Origin: a virus | Taxonomy: Duplodnaviria; Caudoviricetes | IMG/VR virus record: IMGVR_UViG_3300020042_005969 | Coordinates: 1 to 30,909 of that record | DNA: 30,909 nt | Strand: one strand, 5' to 3' | Shown here: piece after piece, positions 6,609 through 14,063 of the stretch | Layout: every line of letters starts with the position of its first letter | Position numbering within the stretch: position 1 is the first letter of the stretch | Program-made: the position numbers and the translations under genes | The notes under the pieces: generated by a model | The model's database searches: none | What the model was told of the DNA's origin: nothing | The model's input: the letters and a program-made list of their open reading frames with translations, nothing else

Positions 6609-7697
6609 ATGTGCTTAATCATTACCGGTGCTTCCAACAAAATCCGTTCTACCCTGCTCGACACGGCGGGTATGCTTGCCAATATCTACACCGGCAACGC
6701 CGATGGTATTGGGTTCATGTACGGCACGAAGGACGGCCTCAAGGTCAGCAAGTTCTTGCCCAAGTCAGAGAAGGATGCACGCGCTTTCATCCAGCGCTTG
6801 CCCACCGATGACCGCGATGTGGCTATCCACTTCCGCATGACCACGCATGGCGACACCGACCTCATCAACTGCCATCCTTACGATGTTGTGCCGGGTTGGA
6901 TTGCCATGATGCACAACGGCATCCTGTCTATGGGTAACGCCGCAGACACGTCCAAGTCCGACACATGGCACTTCATCAGGGACTACCTCAACGGGCCTGT
7001 GGAGAAGCACCCCGAGCTTATCTACGAGGAGCAGTTCCTCACACTACTTGCTGACTACATCGGCAACAACCGCTTCGTGTTCATGAACGGCGAGGGGCGT
7101 ATGTCCCATGTCAACTTCAGCCAAGGCATCGAGCACGATGGTATGTGGTTCAGCAATACCTACGCATGGACACCATCCATGCTCATCCCAAGCTACAAGA
7201 GTCGGTATGCCAGCTATGCCAAGTACAGCGGTTACAACGCGACAACTTGGGACGACGAGGACGATGGGCAGTACTACGGCAACAAGTACAACGGGCGCAC
7301 ATACCCGTTCACCAGCCCTACCAAGGCCAACCCCAGCGCACACAGCCTTGGGTACAACGAGCGCGACTACGAGCCAGCCGAGGAGGGTGAGTTCGTTGAC
7401 GTGAACTACATACTTGAGCTGCTGATGTCTGCGGACGTGGACGAGGTGACCGAATTGCTTGCCCACTCAACCGAGCAGATTGTCGAGATGACCTTTGACG
7501 CGCTGCGTCCGGTGGCTACCCAGTACTCCAACGCGGAGGATTTGCGGGGCATACAGAAGGCTGTGTTCGAGATGGTGCTGGACGAGGACACCGATGCACT
7601 CATCAACTACTGCAAGTCAAGCTACACCGCACCGCAGATTGCGGCGGAGGTGATGTGCTACTACATCGACTGGGTTGACGCTGAAGTTACCCAGTAA
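6609..7697 (+). CDS. Class II (Ntn) glutamine amidotransferase
   Basis: N-terminal MC, NADGIG, HFRMTTHG, NCHPY, MHNGIL, SDT, WFSN; adjacent to the amidoligase. Confidence 0.93.
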   Translation: MCLIITGASNKIRSTLLDTAGMLANIYTGNADGIGFMYGTKDGLKVSKFLPKSEKDARAFIQRLPTDDRDVAIHFRMTTHGDTDLINCHPYDVVPGWIAMMHNGILSMGNAADTSKSDTWHFIRDYLNGPVEKHPELIYEEQFLTLLADYIGNNRFVFMNGEGRMSHVNFSQGIEHDGMWFSNTYAWTPSMLIPSYKSRYASYAKYSGYNATTWDDEDDGQYYGNKYNGRTYPFTSPTKANPSAHSLGYNERDYEPAEEGEFVDVNYILELLMSADVDEVTELLAHSTEQIVEMTFDALRPVATQYSNAEDLRGIQKAVFEMVLDEDTDALINYCKSSYTAPQIAAEVMCYYIDWVDAEVTQ

Positions 7698-7704
7698 TCA
7701 AGTT

Positions 7705-7727
7705 TGGGGGTAGATGGTCTACCCCCA
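7705..7727. repeat. Class C palindrome, copy 2 (may also act as a terminator)
   Basis: TGGGGGTAGA-TGG-TCTACCCCCA followed by TTTTT and then SD AAGGAG. Confidence 0.85.
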
Positions 7728-7745
7728 TTTTTAAGGAGAAAGTAA

Positions 7746-7955
7746 ATGACTGTGTTGACTGGTAATCAGATTGAGTTTGCGCGGCTGCTCACGCTACGCA
7801 AGATGTTGAAGCTGGAGATGTACGGCATGACGCGCAGGGGGCGCAGTGCGTACTCGATACTGAAGAAGGAGCTTGGGCTTACGGGCAACAAGCAGCGGGT
7901 CTATGACCAAGTGTGTGCCATGTGTGATTCCGTTTTACAAGGAGAGACAGCATGA
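7746..7955 (+). CDS. Hypothetical protein (69 aa)
   Basis: AAGGAG SD; LKLEMYGMTRRGRSAYSILKKELG. Confidence 0.82.
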   Translation: MTVLTGNQIEFARLLTLRKMLKLEMYGMTRRGRSAYSILKKELGLTGNKQRVYDQVCAMCDSVLQGETA

Positions 7956-8224
7956 AAGTATTTGTATTGGTAGGTGACATCGAGTTCATTGATGGCACAG
8001 CGTATGTGCGCAGGATTGAGTATGGGGCGCATATCAGTGACGGGGACTTGGGTATTGTCTGCCTTGGCCGTGACTACATACTGCCGCACTACTACAAGGG
8101 GCGAATCGTGTTCGACCAGTACCACGACGAGGATTGGCACACCAACAGGGACATGCTCATCGAGAAGCTCGACCGCGAGGAGATGGAAGAAAAGATACAA
8201 GCAAGGAAGGACGCCGACTATTAA
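7952..8224 (+). CDS. Hypothetical protein (90 aa)
   Basis: AAGGAG SD, ATGA coupling. Confidence 0.8.
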   Translation: MKVFVLVGDIEFIDGTAYVRRIEYGAHISDGDLGIVCLGRDYILPHYYKGRIVFDQYHDEDWHTNRDMLIEKLDREEMEEKIQARKDADY

Positions 8225-8248
8225 AACCCTCGTACCCATAAAAATAAG

Positions 8249-8289
8249 TTGTCTACGAGTAGACAAACAGGGAACTTTCCGTGTATCAT
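8249..8289 (+). promoter_or_regulatory. Promoter with palindromic operator over the -35
   Basis: TAGACA (8260-8265), 18 nt, TATCAT (8284-8289); TTGTCTAC-GA-GTAGACAA at 8249-8266; A-rich upstream tract. Confidence 0.6.
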
Positions 8290-8320
8290 TTAATCGTGTT
8301 AACTAAAACTGGAGAAGTAA

Positions 8321-8902
8321 ATGCCTGATATCAAAACAGCACTGGCCACCGCCCTAAAAGAGTGGGAGCCGCCCACAGAGGGAACGGTCATAGCGCCCGC
8401 AGCCCCTGCACCCACGCCCAAGCCCGCGCCTCGGCCCAACATGACCCGCGACACCTTCGCTATGGTTCGGGACAACCCCGGCATCACACGCGCAGACGCA
8501 ATGGCGCGGCTGGAGGCTATGGGCCACAAGCCCATCTCCACATCGACCACCCTGTATCAAATGGTCAGAGCCAAGATGATTGACGAGGTGGACGGGGCAC
8601 TCTCAACCAAGCGCAAGAACTACACATCGCTGACCCATGCGCTGGAGAAAGCACCCAAGGGCAAACGCAAGACTAGGGTGCAGAAGCCCAAGGTTATCGA
8701 AGCCGCGCCCAAACCGCAGGCTACCCACGCTTGGGTTGCACCCGAACCGCAGGCTGCACCAGTCAAAACCGCACGCACGCTGATGGAAGAAGACCGTCAA
8801 CGGGTGTCAGACGAGATTGACAATTGGCTCAACAGCGTGACCTTGCGTTACGCCAGCCTCGTGTACGAGCGCCTGCACTACATCTTTGGAGCACAACGAT
8901 GA
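8321..8902 (+). CDS. Putative winged-HTH DNA-binding protein (193 aa)
   Basis: TFAMVRDNPGITRADAMARL...STTLYQMVRAKMI pattern; GGAG SD. Confidence 0.7.
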   Translation: MPDIKTALATALKEWEPPTEGTVIAPAAPAPTPKPAPRPNMTRDTFAMVRDNPGITRADAMARLEAMGHKPISTSTTLYQMVRAKMIDEVDGALSTKRKNYTSLTHALEKAPKGKRKTRVQKPKVIEAAPKPQATHAWVAPEPQAAPVKTARTLMEEDRQRVSDEIDNWLNSVTLRYASLVYERLHYIFGAQR

Positions 8903-9096
8903 ACGGCGTACCACTGCGCCTCGCGGCACAAATCCACAACGACTTGCAAGACCTGACCTTCGCGCTGGAGTACACCGAGCAAGGGGCGCGTACCCATGTG
9001 CCTGAGCGCATCCAAGAGTACATAGGCAAGCTGTTGCTCAACGCGCAAGCCCTGCATGACACACTGAAAGGAGAGACCCATGCGACTACTAGCTGA
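8899..9096 (+). CDS. Hypothetical protein (65 aa)
   Basis: GGAG SD, ATGA overlap with the previous stop. Confidence 0.72.
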   Translation: MNGVPLRLAAQIHNDLQDLTFALEYTEQGARTHVPERIQEYIGKLLLNAQALHDTLKGETHATTS

Positions 9097-9217
9097 CTTC
9101 TTCGCACTGGTGGGGCTTGTCTCCACCATCATCGTGGTGGGGTTCTACATGGGCTACACCACCTATCAACCCGAGTGCAGCATGTGGGTCGCTGCGCTTA
9201 CTAAGGAGTGCAAATGA
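9080..9217 (+). CDS. Small membrane protein (45 aa, MRLLADFFALVGLVSTIIVVGFYMGY...), not in the ORF track
   Basis: AAGGAG SD; single hydrophobic helix; ATGA coupling to next gene. Confidence 0.72.
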   Translation: MRLLADFFALVGLVSTIIVVGFYMGYTTYQPECSMWVAALTKECK

Positions 9218-9582
9218 CAATGAGAGACCTTGACCCCGAATTTTACGAATTGGGGTTCACGATGCGTGTGCTCAACTGCTTTCGGGCTGAAGCAATTTTG
9301 TCCATCAGGCAACTGCTTACTTACTCAGAGCAAGAGCTGAACAAGATTCCAAACTTTGGGCGTAAGTCAGGGCGGGAAGTGGTTGAAGCGTTGGAGTCAC
9401 GGGGATTCAAGCTGCGCGACCACAACACACCGCCACCATTAAGACCGTTGGAGCAAGCCAAGCACCATCTTGATATGGCTGCGCTAGCGTTTGCCCGAGC
9501 AAATGAAGAGATGCACAAAGCATTTGGCGAGATTACCCGCGCTGAAAACGCATACTACAAACGGAGCAAGAATGAACATTGA
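9214..9582 (+). CDS. Stand-alone RNA polymerase alpha-subunit C-terminal domain homologue with helical tail
   Basis: ELGFTMRVLNCFRAEAILSIRQLLTYSEQELNKIPNFGRKSGREVVEALESRGFKL aligns with RpoA CTD (LELTVRSANCLKAEAI...[27 protein letters not shown]). Confidence 0.9.
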   Translation: MTMRDLDPEFYELGFTMRVLNCFRAEAILSIRQLLTYSEQELNKIPNFGRKSGREVVEALESRGFKLRDHNTPPPLRPLEQAKHHLDMAALAFARANEEMHKAFGEITRAENAYYKRSKNEH

Positions 9583-9880
9583 AGAACTGAGAATCCCCCG
9601 TGCCCGTAACACTGACCCTGTTACGTCCCATGCTGCGGCTGACGCCGTTGACTTCGCTGGCGCACACTACAAGGCCATCTACGAAGCGCTGCTCCTAGCG
9701 GGGCCGAGTGGCAAAGACCGCATTGCAGACTGGGCAAACCTTGACCGGTCTCAAGTAGCGCGTAGGTTGGCAGAGATGCGCAGGATGGGCATCGTGGTGC
9801 TGACCGGAGAACTGGTGATGTCCCGCTCGAACAGGTCTGAGCGGGAGTGGCAAGCAGTAGAGAAGAAGGAGCAAGCATGA
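9572..9880 (+). CDS. Winged-HTH protein with ARxTDPxTSHxAA N-terminal motif
   Basis: RARNTDPVTSHAAA, HTH ...QVARRLAEMRRMGIV, wing SNRSEREW. Confidence 0.8.
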   Translation: MNIEELRIPRARNTDPVTSHAAADAVDFAGAHYKAIYEALLLAGPSGKDRIADWANLDRSQVARRLAEMRRMGIVVLTGELVMSRSNRSEREWQAVEKKEQA

Positions 9881-10089
9881 AAGAAGATATGACCCAACAA
9901 GAAATCAAGGTATCAAACGTATGCGGGGTGTGGAACACGCATCCGCATTGGTCTGCACTGCATTGGGGTAGCGGCGTAGACGCAGGGGTGAAGCGTCTGG
10001 AACTCATTGCAGAAGACTGGACGTTCACATTCAAAACCGTGGAGCAGAAGTTTTCTGCGTTGAATTTACACAAGAGGTATGGGCCATGA
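9877..10089 (+). CDS. Hypothetical protein (70 aa)
   Basis: AAGGAG SD, ATGA coupling. Confidence 0.7.
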   Translation: MKEDMTQQEIKVSNVCGVWNTHPHWSALHWGSGVDAGVKRLELIAEDWTFTFKTVEQKFSALNLHKRYGP

Positions 10090-10202
10090 ACGACGATGAC
10101 GAAGATTTTTTTGTTGACGCGCTGAAGACCATCATCGGGGTGATCTTTGTGGTGCTGGTCGTGGCGACCGTTGGTGCTGTTATGTGGGAGGTGTTTGCAT
10201 GA
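10086..10202 (+). CDS. Small membrane protein (38 aa, MNDDDEDFFVDALKTIIGVIFVVLVV...), not in the ORF track
   Basis: GAGG SD, ATGA overlaps at both ends. Confidence 0.72.
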   Translation: MNDDDEDFFVDALKTIIGVIFVVLVVATVGAVMWEVFA

Positions 10203-10435
10203 CTGAGCCCTACGGGTACTGCATGCAAGGGTGCAGGTTCATCTTTGGTGAAGGCAAGTTTGAACTTAGTTCCGCTAATGGTAAGTTGTTTGCAATTTAC
10301 CTTGAGCCAACGTATGAGGGGCAAGAGCCGTTTGCTTGTATTAGCCCAAGTTCAGGACTGTATCTGTTCTATTTAGATGACCTGACAAAACACAACTTAG
10401 CACTTGTATACAAGGAGAAAGCAAATGAAGACTGA
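10199..10435 (+). CDS. Hypothetical protein (78 aa)
   Basis: GGAGG SD before ATG 10199. Confidence 0.72.
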   Translation: MTEPYGYCMQGCRFIFGEGKFELSSANGKLFAIYLEPTYEGQEPFACISPSSGLYLFYLDDLTKHNLALVYKEKANED

Positions 10436-10937
10436 AGAAGATGAAGCCTTTGACGACCTTGCAAAGAAGCAGGGTGACTGGGGCGGTGGGTTTCCAGCTA
10501 AGCGGCGCATGGCTGTGGACAAGTTGCAGGAGCCTATTTACAAAATTACTGTATTTGACAACGCCCATCCGAAAGGAATACCACTTGAAGATTGGGTGCA
10601 GCCGGTGTCGTTTCCATGTTGCGGGTATACAGTCAAATGGAATCAAGGTGTTGTGCAGTGCCATATGTGCGGTCAGGTTTACACCGTAGTACAGCCAGCG
10701 CAGGAGTCAGCAAGCTATTTGCCCGCGGTCTTGAGCGCATTTGGCCCGGATGCAGGCATTTCGCTTGACCAAAAAGCATGGAGTAAGTTGCACTCTGCCA
10801 TTAAAGCAGCCTTGGCACAGCAAGCGCAGGAGCCTGTGGCGAGGGAATGGAACTTCTGCGAACGCTGCGGTAAGCGCACAAAGGACACGACCACCATCCA
10901 CACCTGCACACCACCACAGGAGAAGAGCAATGATTGA
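10425..10937 (+). CDS. Mosaic hypothetical protein with Cys/His zinc-ribbon modules
   Basis: AAGGAG SD; FPCCG...QCHMCG and WNFCERCGK...IHTC. Confidence 0.8.
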   Translation: MKTEEDEAFDDLAKKQGDWGGGFPAKRRMAVDKLQEPIYKITVFDNAHPKGIPLEDWVQPVSFPCCGYTVKWNQGVVQCHMCGQVYTVVQPAQESASYLPAVLSAFGPDAGISLDQKAWSKLHSAIKAALAQQAQEPVAREWNFCERCGKRTKDTTTIHTCTPPQEKSND

Positions 10938-11097
10938 AGAAGACGACGACATTCAAGACTACAAGCGCCCGTGGGTAGGGCTGACAGATGAGGAGATTGA
11001 GGGTTGTGTACACCATGTAGATGATGAGGCTGTATTCGGGCTTCCTGATTTTGCCCGTGCCATTGAGCAGTTGTTGAAGGAGAAGAACAATGAATAA
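10930..11097 (+). CDS. Hypothetical protein (55 aa, RPWVGLT type)
   Basis: AGGAG SD; ...FARAIEQLLKEKN. Confidence 0.8.
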   Translation: MIEEDDDIQDYKRPWVGLTDEEIEGCVHHVDDEAVFGLPDFARAIEQLLKEKNNE

Positions 11098-11302
11098 AGA
11101 CGAAGCATTGCAGATGTGCCTTGAGTACATTGAGACAGACGCGCATGAACGTAAGCATGTGCGCCATGCCATCAAAGCAGCATTGGCACAGCCAGCGCAG
11201 GAGCTTGTGGCGAGGGAATGGAACTTCTGCGAGAGGTGCGGTAAGCGCACAAAGGACATGACCACGATTCACACATGCACACCACCACAGGAGGGCAAAT
11301 GA
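11090..11302 (+). CDS. Hypothetical protein with CERCG..HTC zinc module (70 aa)
   Basis: AAGGAG SD; C-terminus paralogous to gene 10425. Confidence 0.8.
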   Translation: MNKDEALQMCLEYIETDAHERKHVRHAIKAALAQPAQELVAREWNFCERCGKRTKDMTTIHTCTPPQEGK

Positions 11303-11472
11303 TTGAAGAAGACGATGACATCCAAGACTACAAGCGCCCGTGGGTAGGACTGACGCAGCAGGAGGTTGACGACTACTGGGACTGGGAAGATTGGCAGACA
11401 GGGGCTGGCCGCTCAACCATATTGGAAATGGTTAGGGACATTGAATCTAAGTTAAGGGGTAAGAACATATGA
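11299..11472 (+). CDS. Hypothetical protein (57 aa, RPWVGLT type)
   Basis: AGGAGG SD; N-terminus paralogous to gene 10930. Confidence 0.8.
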   Translation: MIEEDDDIQDYKRPWVGLTQQEVDDYWDWEDWQTGAGRSTILEMVRDIESKLRGKNI

Positions 11473-12605
11473 TGGCTATAGCTAACTCCATTGCGGATTC
11501 AGTGCGTCAGTTTTTGGACAAACTGTTTAAACGGTTTCGCGTTCCAGTCTCTGCCGTAGTCTTGGAAGTCCCACAAGCAGAACCACCGCGCAAACAGCGC
11601 AAGTACAACAAGGACAAAACAAAAACATTTTCTGATTTGCTGGACAACTTGGAGTACACGTTTAACTGTGTAAAGCTACCAACAATGAAAGAGTCATGGC
11701 TTGAAAGAGACTCTATTATTGGGTTGAAGAAGATTGGGATTCATGTGCCAAACCCGTGGAATGCAAGAATGAATCATAAAGATTCAAAGGTTGATATAGC
11801 AAAACCACTTCCTGCCATTATGTGCATTTCTACCGCTACGGCAAATACCATCAATACCAAAAAATACTTATATCCAAAGATAATATTTGCGGTTAAGCTA
11901 AAAAAACTTCCGTGGCATGTGGCAAAAAAATCAGGAACACCCTATCAATTTGGCATGGCATGTGATTTAGATGATAAACTTTTTTGGATTTGCATGTACA
12001 TGACTGTAAATAAATCAACAGGGGAGATACAGTTTTGTGATGAATTAAGGGTCAAGGCACATAAAATTAACCGACAAAAAACTTTTTACAGTAAGACATG
12101 GAGTGGCCCATCGTATCTTGAAGATGTTTTGAGGACAGTAGAAGAAAATAAAAATCTTGCCAAGAATTTATTTGTTGCTATGCATGACTGGTGGTCAGAA
12201 CGAGATGCGCGTTGGAATGTTGTTGTTAGAAAGAATGGCGACCGAGTTACTTTCGGGGTTGATAACAGCCAGACCCCGTATTACTTTAAAGACAGAGACA
12301 AGAGCATCAAGACGGCAACAGGTCAGACCAAGAAGATTGTCCACTACGTCAAAGAACACGACAGAAAAATTAACGACAAGACAACTGTGGTGAAAGAACA
12401 TATACGGGGGCTTCAGGACTTTAATTGGAATGGCTACAACTGTCTAGTTGTGTCACCCAAACTCCAAGCACAAACATCAGCAACCTTTACAATTCCTGCC
12501 GGTGATGATGACTCGGAACCAAGCAATGTGGTCTACCTTAGTAAGGTTGGCAAACTGTTGGCAGACTTAGAAGAAAAGCGCATACCAAAGAAGAGGTCTG
12601 CATGA
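11469..12605 (+). CDS. AT-rich hypothetical protein (378 aa) with HxVxxHxR...VxxHxRG motif
   Basis: Long ORF; IVHYVKEHDR...VVKEHIRG. Confidence 0.88.
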   Translation: MMAIANSIADSVRQFLDKLFKRFRVPVSAVVLEVPQAEPPRKQRKYNKDKTKTFSDLLDNLEYTFNCVKLPTMKESWLERDSIIGLKKIGIHVPNPWNARMNHKDSKVDIAKPLPAIMCISTATANTINTKKYLYPKIIFAVKLKKLPWHVAKKSGTPYQFGMACDLDDKLFWICMYMTVNKSTGEIQFCDELRVKAHKINRQKTFYSKTWSGPSYLEDVLRTVEENKNLAKNLFVAMHDWWSERDARWNVVVRKNGDRVTFGVDNSQTPYYFKDRDKSIKTATGQTKKIVHYVKEHDRKINDKTTVVKEHIRGLQDFNWNGYNCLVVSPKLQAQTSATFTIPAGDDDSEPSNVVYLSKVGKLLADLEEKRIPKKRSA

Positions 12606-12682
12606 CCAAATGGGACAATTTTATAAATTGACACCATCAAGAAATGGGTGGTTCCTCACGGAGAATACACAGGAGAACGCAA

Positions 12683-12889
12683 ATGATTGATGACAAAGAG
12701 CAGATAGACAGGATGAAGGAAGCTTTAGCCAAGGCCATGAAGCGTGTTCCTGAGTCTGTGGCTAACGGTAGCTACCAACGGGCTGTTCAGTACAAGTCTG
12801 ACTACCTCAAGGCACAGAAGATTCTCAACAAGAAGACACCCAAAATCAACGAACTAGGAAGTGCTTTAAACACTATGAAACATGACTGA
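12683..12889 (+). CDS. Hypothetical protein (68 aa)
   Basis: AGGAG SD before ATG 12683. Confidence 0.75.
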   Translation: MIDDKEQIDRMKEALAKAMKRVPESVANGSYQRAVQYKSDYLKAQKILNKKTPKINELGSALNTMKHD

Positions 12890-13088
12890 ACAAATTATTG
12901 ACTACGCACTTCCCTGCATGAAAGCAGAGCAAGCCCTGAAGGATGCACACAACGCATTCATTGAGAACAAGCTGGACTTGGCTCTGACCCGCACGATGGA
13001 TGCAATCATTGACGTACGACTGATGTATGCCGCTCTGCGTCATGCAAAAGAGACCTCTACTGTTTACACGGAGAACAAGAATGCTTGA
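12882..13088 (+). CDS. Hypothetical protein (68 aa, IDYALPCMKAEQALK)
   Basis: Overlap-coupled in the operon. Confidence 0.75.
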   Translation: MTEQIIDYALPCMKAEQALKDAHNAFIENKLDLALTRTMDAIIDVRLMYAALRHAKETSTVYTENKNA

Positions 13089-13332
13089 ACCTAGATACCG
13101 GCAGATGCTCATGGACTCAGTTGACTCCAAGAGGATTGAAGAGAAGGATTATGTTTTGGAGAACCCGAAGCTTGAGGCGACTATTAAGCTCATCAAAGCT
13201 GAGTGCCCTGAGAAGTTTCACTCTGACCACTCTATTGAGGAGAGAACTTTTTATGATGAGCCAGCCGCTCCTCGGGCTCCTGTTCGCAACTCAGGGTTTA
13301 TTCGTCCTATGCCTAAGCGAAATCGCTATTGA
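13081..13332 (+). CDS. Hypothetical protein (83 aa, ...ECPEKFH...)
   Basis: GGAG SD before ATG 13081. Confidence 0.75.
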   Translation: MLEPRYRQMLMDSVDSKRIEEKDYVLENPKLEATIKLIKAECPEKFHSDHSIEERTFYDEPAAPRAPVRNSGFIRPMPKRNRY

Positions 13333-13610
13333 TGAGGTACAGCAAAATCAAACCAAACCTGCGGGAGATTCTGCATGGTTATGAAGATGGTTTAACCATC
13401 AACGATTTGGTTGTGAAGACGAGTCTTGATGGTAGTAACTTGAGGCGTGTTCTTGCAGACATGGATGATGTTTACATCGACAGGTGGTCTGTATCTCAGT
13501 ATCAAAGGCCAGCCCAAGCCGTGTATTGCATAGTGAAGATACCTGAGGATTGCCCCAAACCAGCAAAGGAACCAAATGAAAAGAGAGCTTATAACCGAAG
13601 AGTCCGTTGA
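13332..13610 (+). CDS. Putative winged-HTH protein (DGLT...YIDRW type)
   Basis: LREILHGYEDGLTINDL...NLRRVLADMDDVYIDRW...AVYCIV. Confidence 0.72.
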   Translation: MRYSKIKPNLREILHGYEDGLTINDLVVKTSLDGSNLRRVLADMDDVYIDRWSVSQYQRPAQAVYCIVKIPEDCPKPAKEPNEKRAYNRRVR

Positions 13611-13857
13611 GGCTCTTGTAAAAGAGATGGATGAGGACGACAGGAACTACCTCTCCATATACACACACATGATGATGATGGCTTTTGCAAATAGAGGCAA
13701 CGTCAAAGTTGCGATTATTTTTGACACTGATGATTCATCAGGTGTTGCAGCTATCAACATGACCAGCGAGGAAGTTGTAAGTGCTCTTGAGAATGCTCAC
13801 AAGCATCTTTATGAAGTGATTACTAGAGACATGCCCCCCAAGGGAATGCTCAACTAA
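13576..13857 (+). CDS. Hypothetical protein (93 aa)
   Basis: AAGGA SD. Confidence 0.78.
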   Translation: MKRELITEESVEALVKEMDEDDRNYLSIYTHMMMMAFANRGNVKVAIIFDTDDSSGVAAINMTSEEVVSALENAHKHLYEVITRDMPPKGMLN

Positions 13858-14057
13858 TGAATGAACACGACGAAAACCTCAGAGACCTAGCGGCTATGTT
13901 CGCTATGTGCGGTTTGGTGATGCGTAACGGCCCTGATGCTAGTACTCTCTCTAAAGCGTTTGAAATTGCGGATGAGTTCATGGCTGAACGTTTAAACGTT
14001 GGTCATGGCCTAGTGTCTATCAAACCCGCCAAGGCAAAGCGTGACGTACAGAAATGA
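13857..14057 (+). CDS. Hypothetical protein (LRDxxAMxAMxG...ADxxMAER type)
   Basis: LRDLAAMFAMCGL...AFEIADEFMAER; TAATG coupling. Confidence 0.8.
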   Translation: MNEHDENLRDLAAMFAMCGLVMRNGPDASTLSKAFEIADEFMAERLNVGHGLVSIKPAKAKRDVQK

Positions 14058-14063
14058 CAATCA

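Larger units (their letters stand above)
10797..11354 (+). repeat. ~190-bp imperfect direct repeat (10797-10985 and 11167-11354) spanning a gene junction
   Basis: Both copies encode AIKAALAQ..QE.VAREWNFCERCGKRTKD.TTIHTCTPPQE, then SD and MIEEDDDIQDYKRPWVGLT. Confidence 0.95.

Noticed and set aside
4235-10202. Small membrane proteins (4235, 9080, 10086) as holins
   Set aside because: They lie in the early/middle arm with no adjacent endolysin or spanin.
10797-11354. Direct repeat as a DGR template/variable repeat pair
   Set aside because: Differences are not adenine-specific (T/C, C/T, C/G occur), are mostly synonymous, and no reverse transcriptase is present.
12627-12660. Perfect TTGACA as a promoter
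   Set aside because: No plausible -10 box at 16-18 nt spacing.
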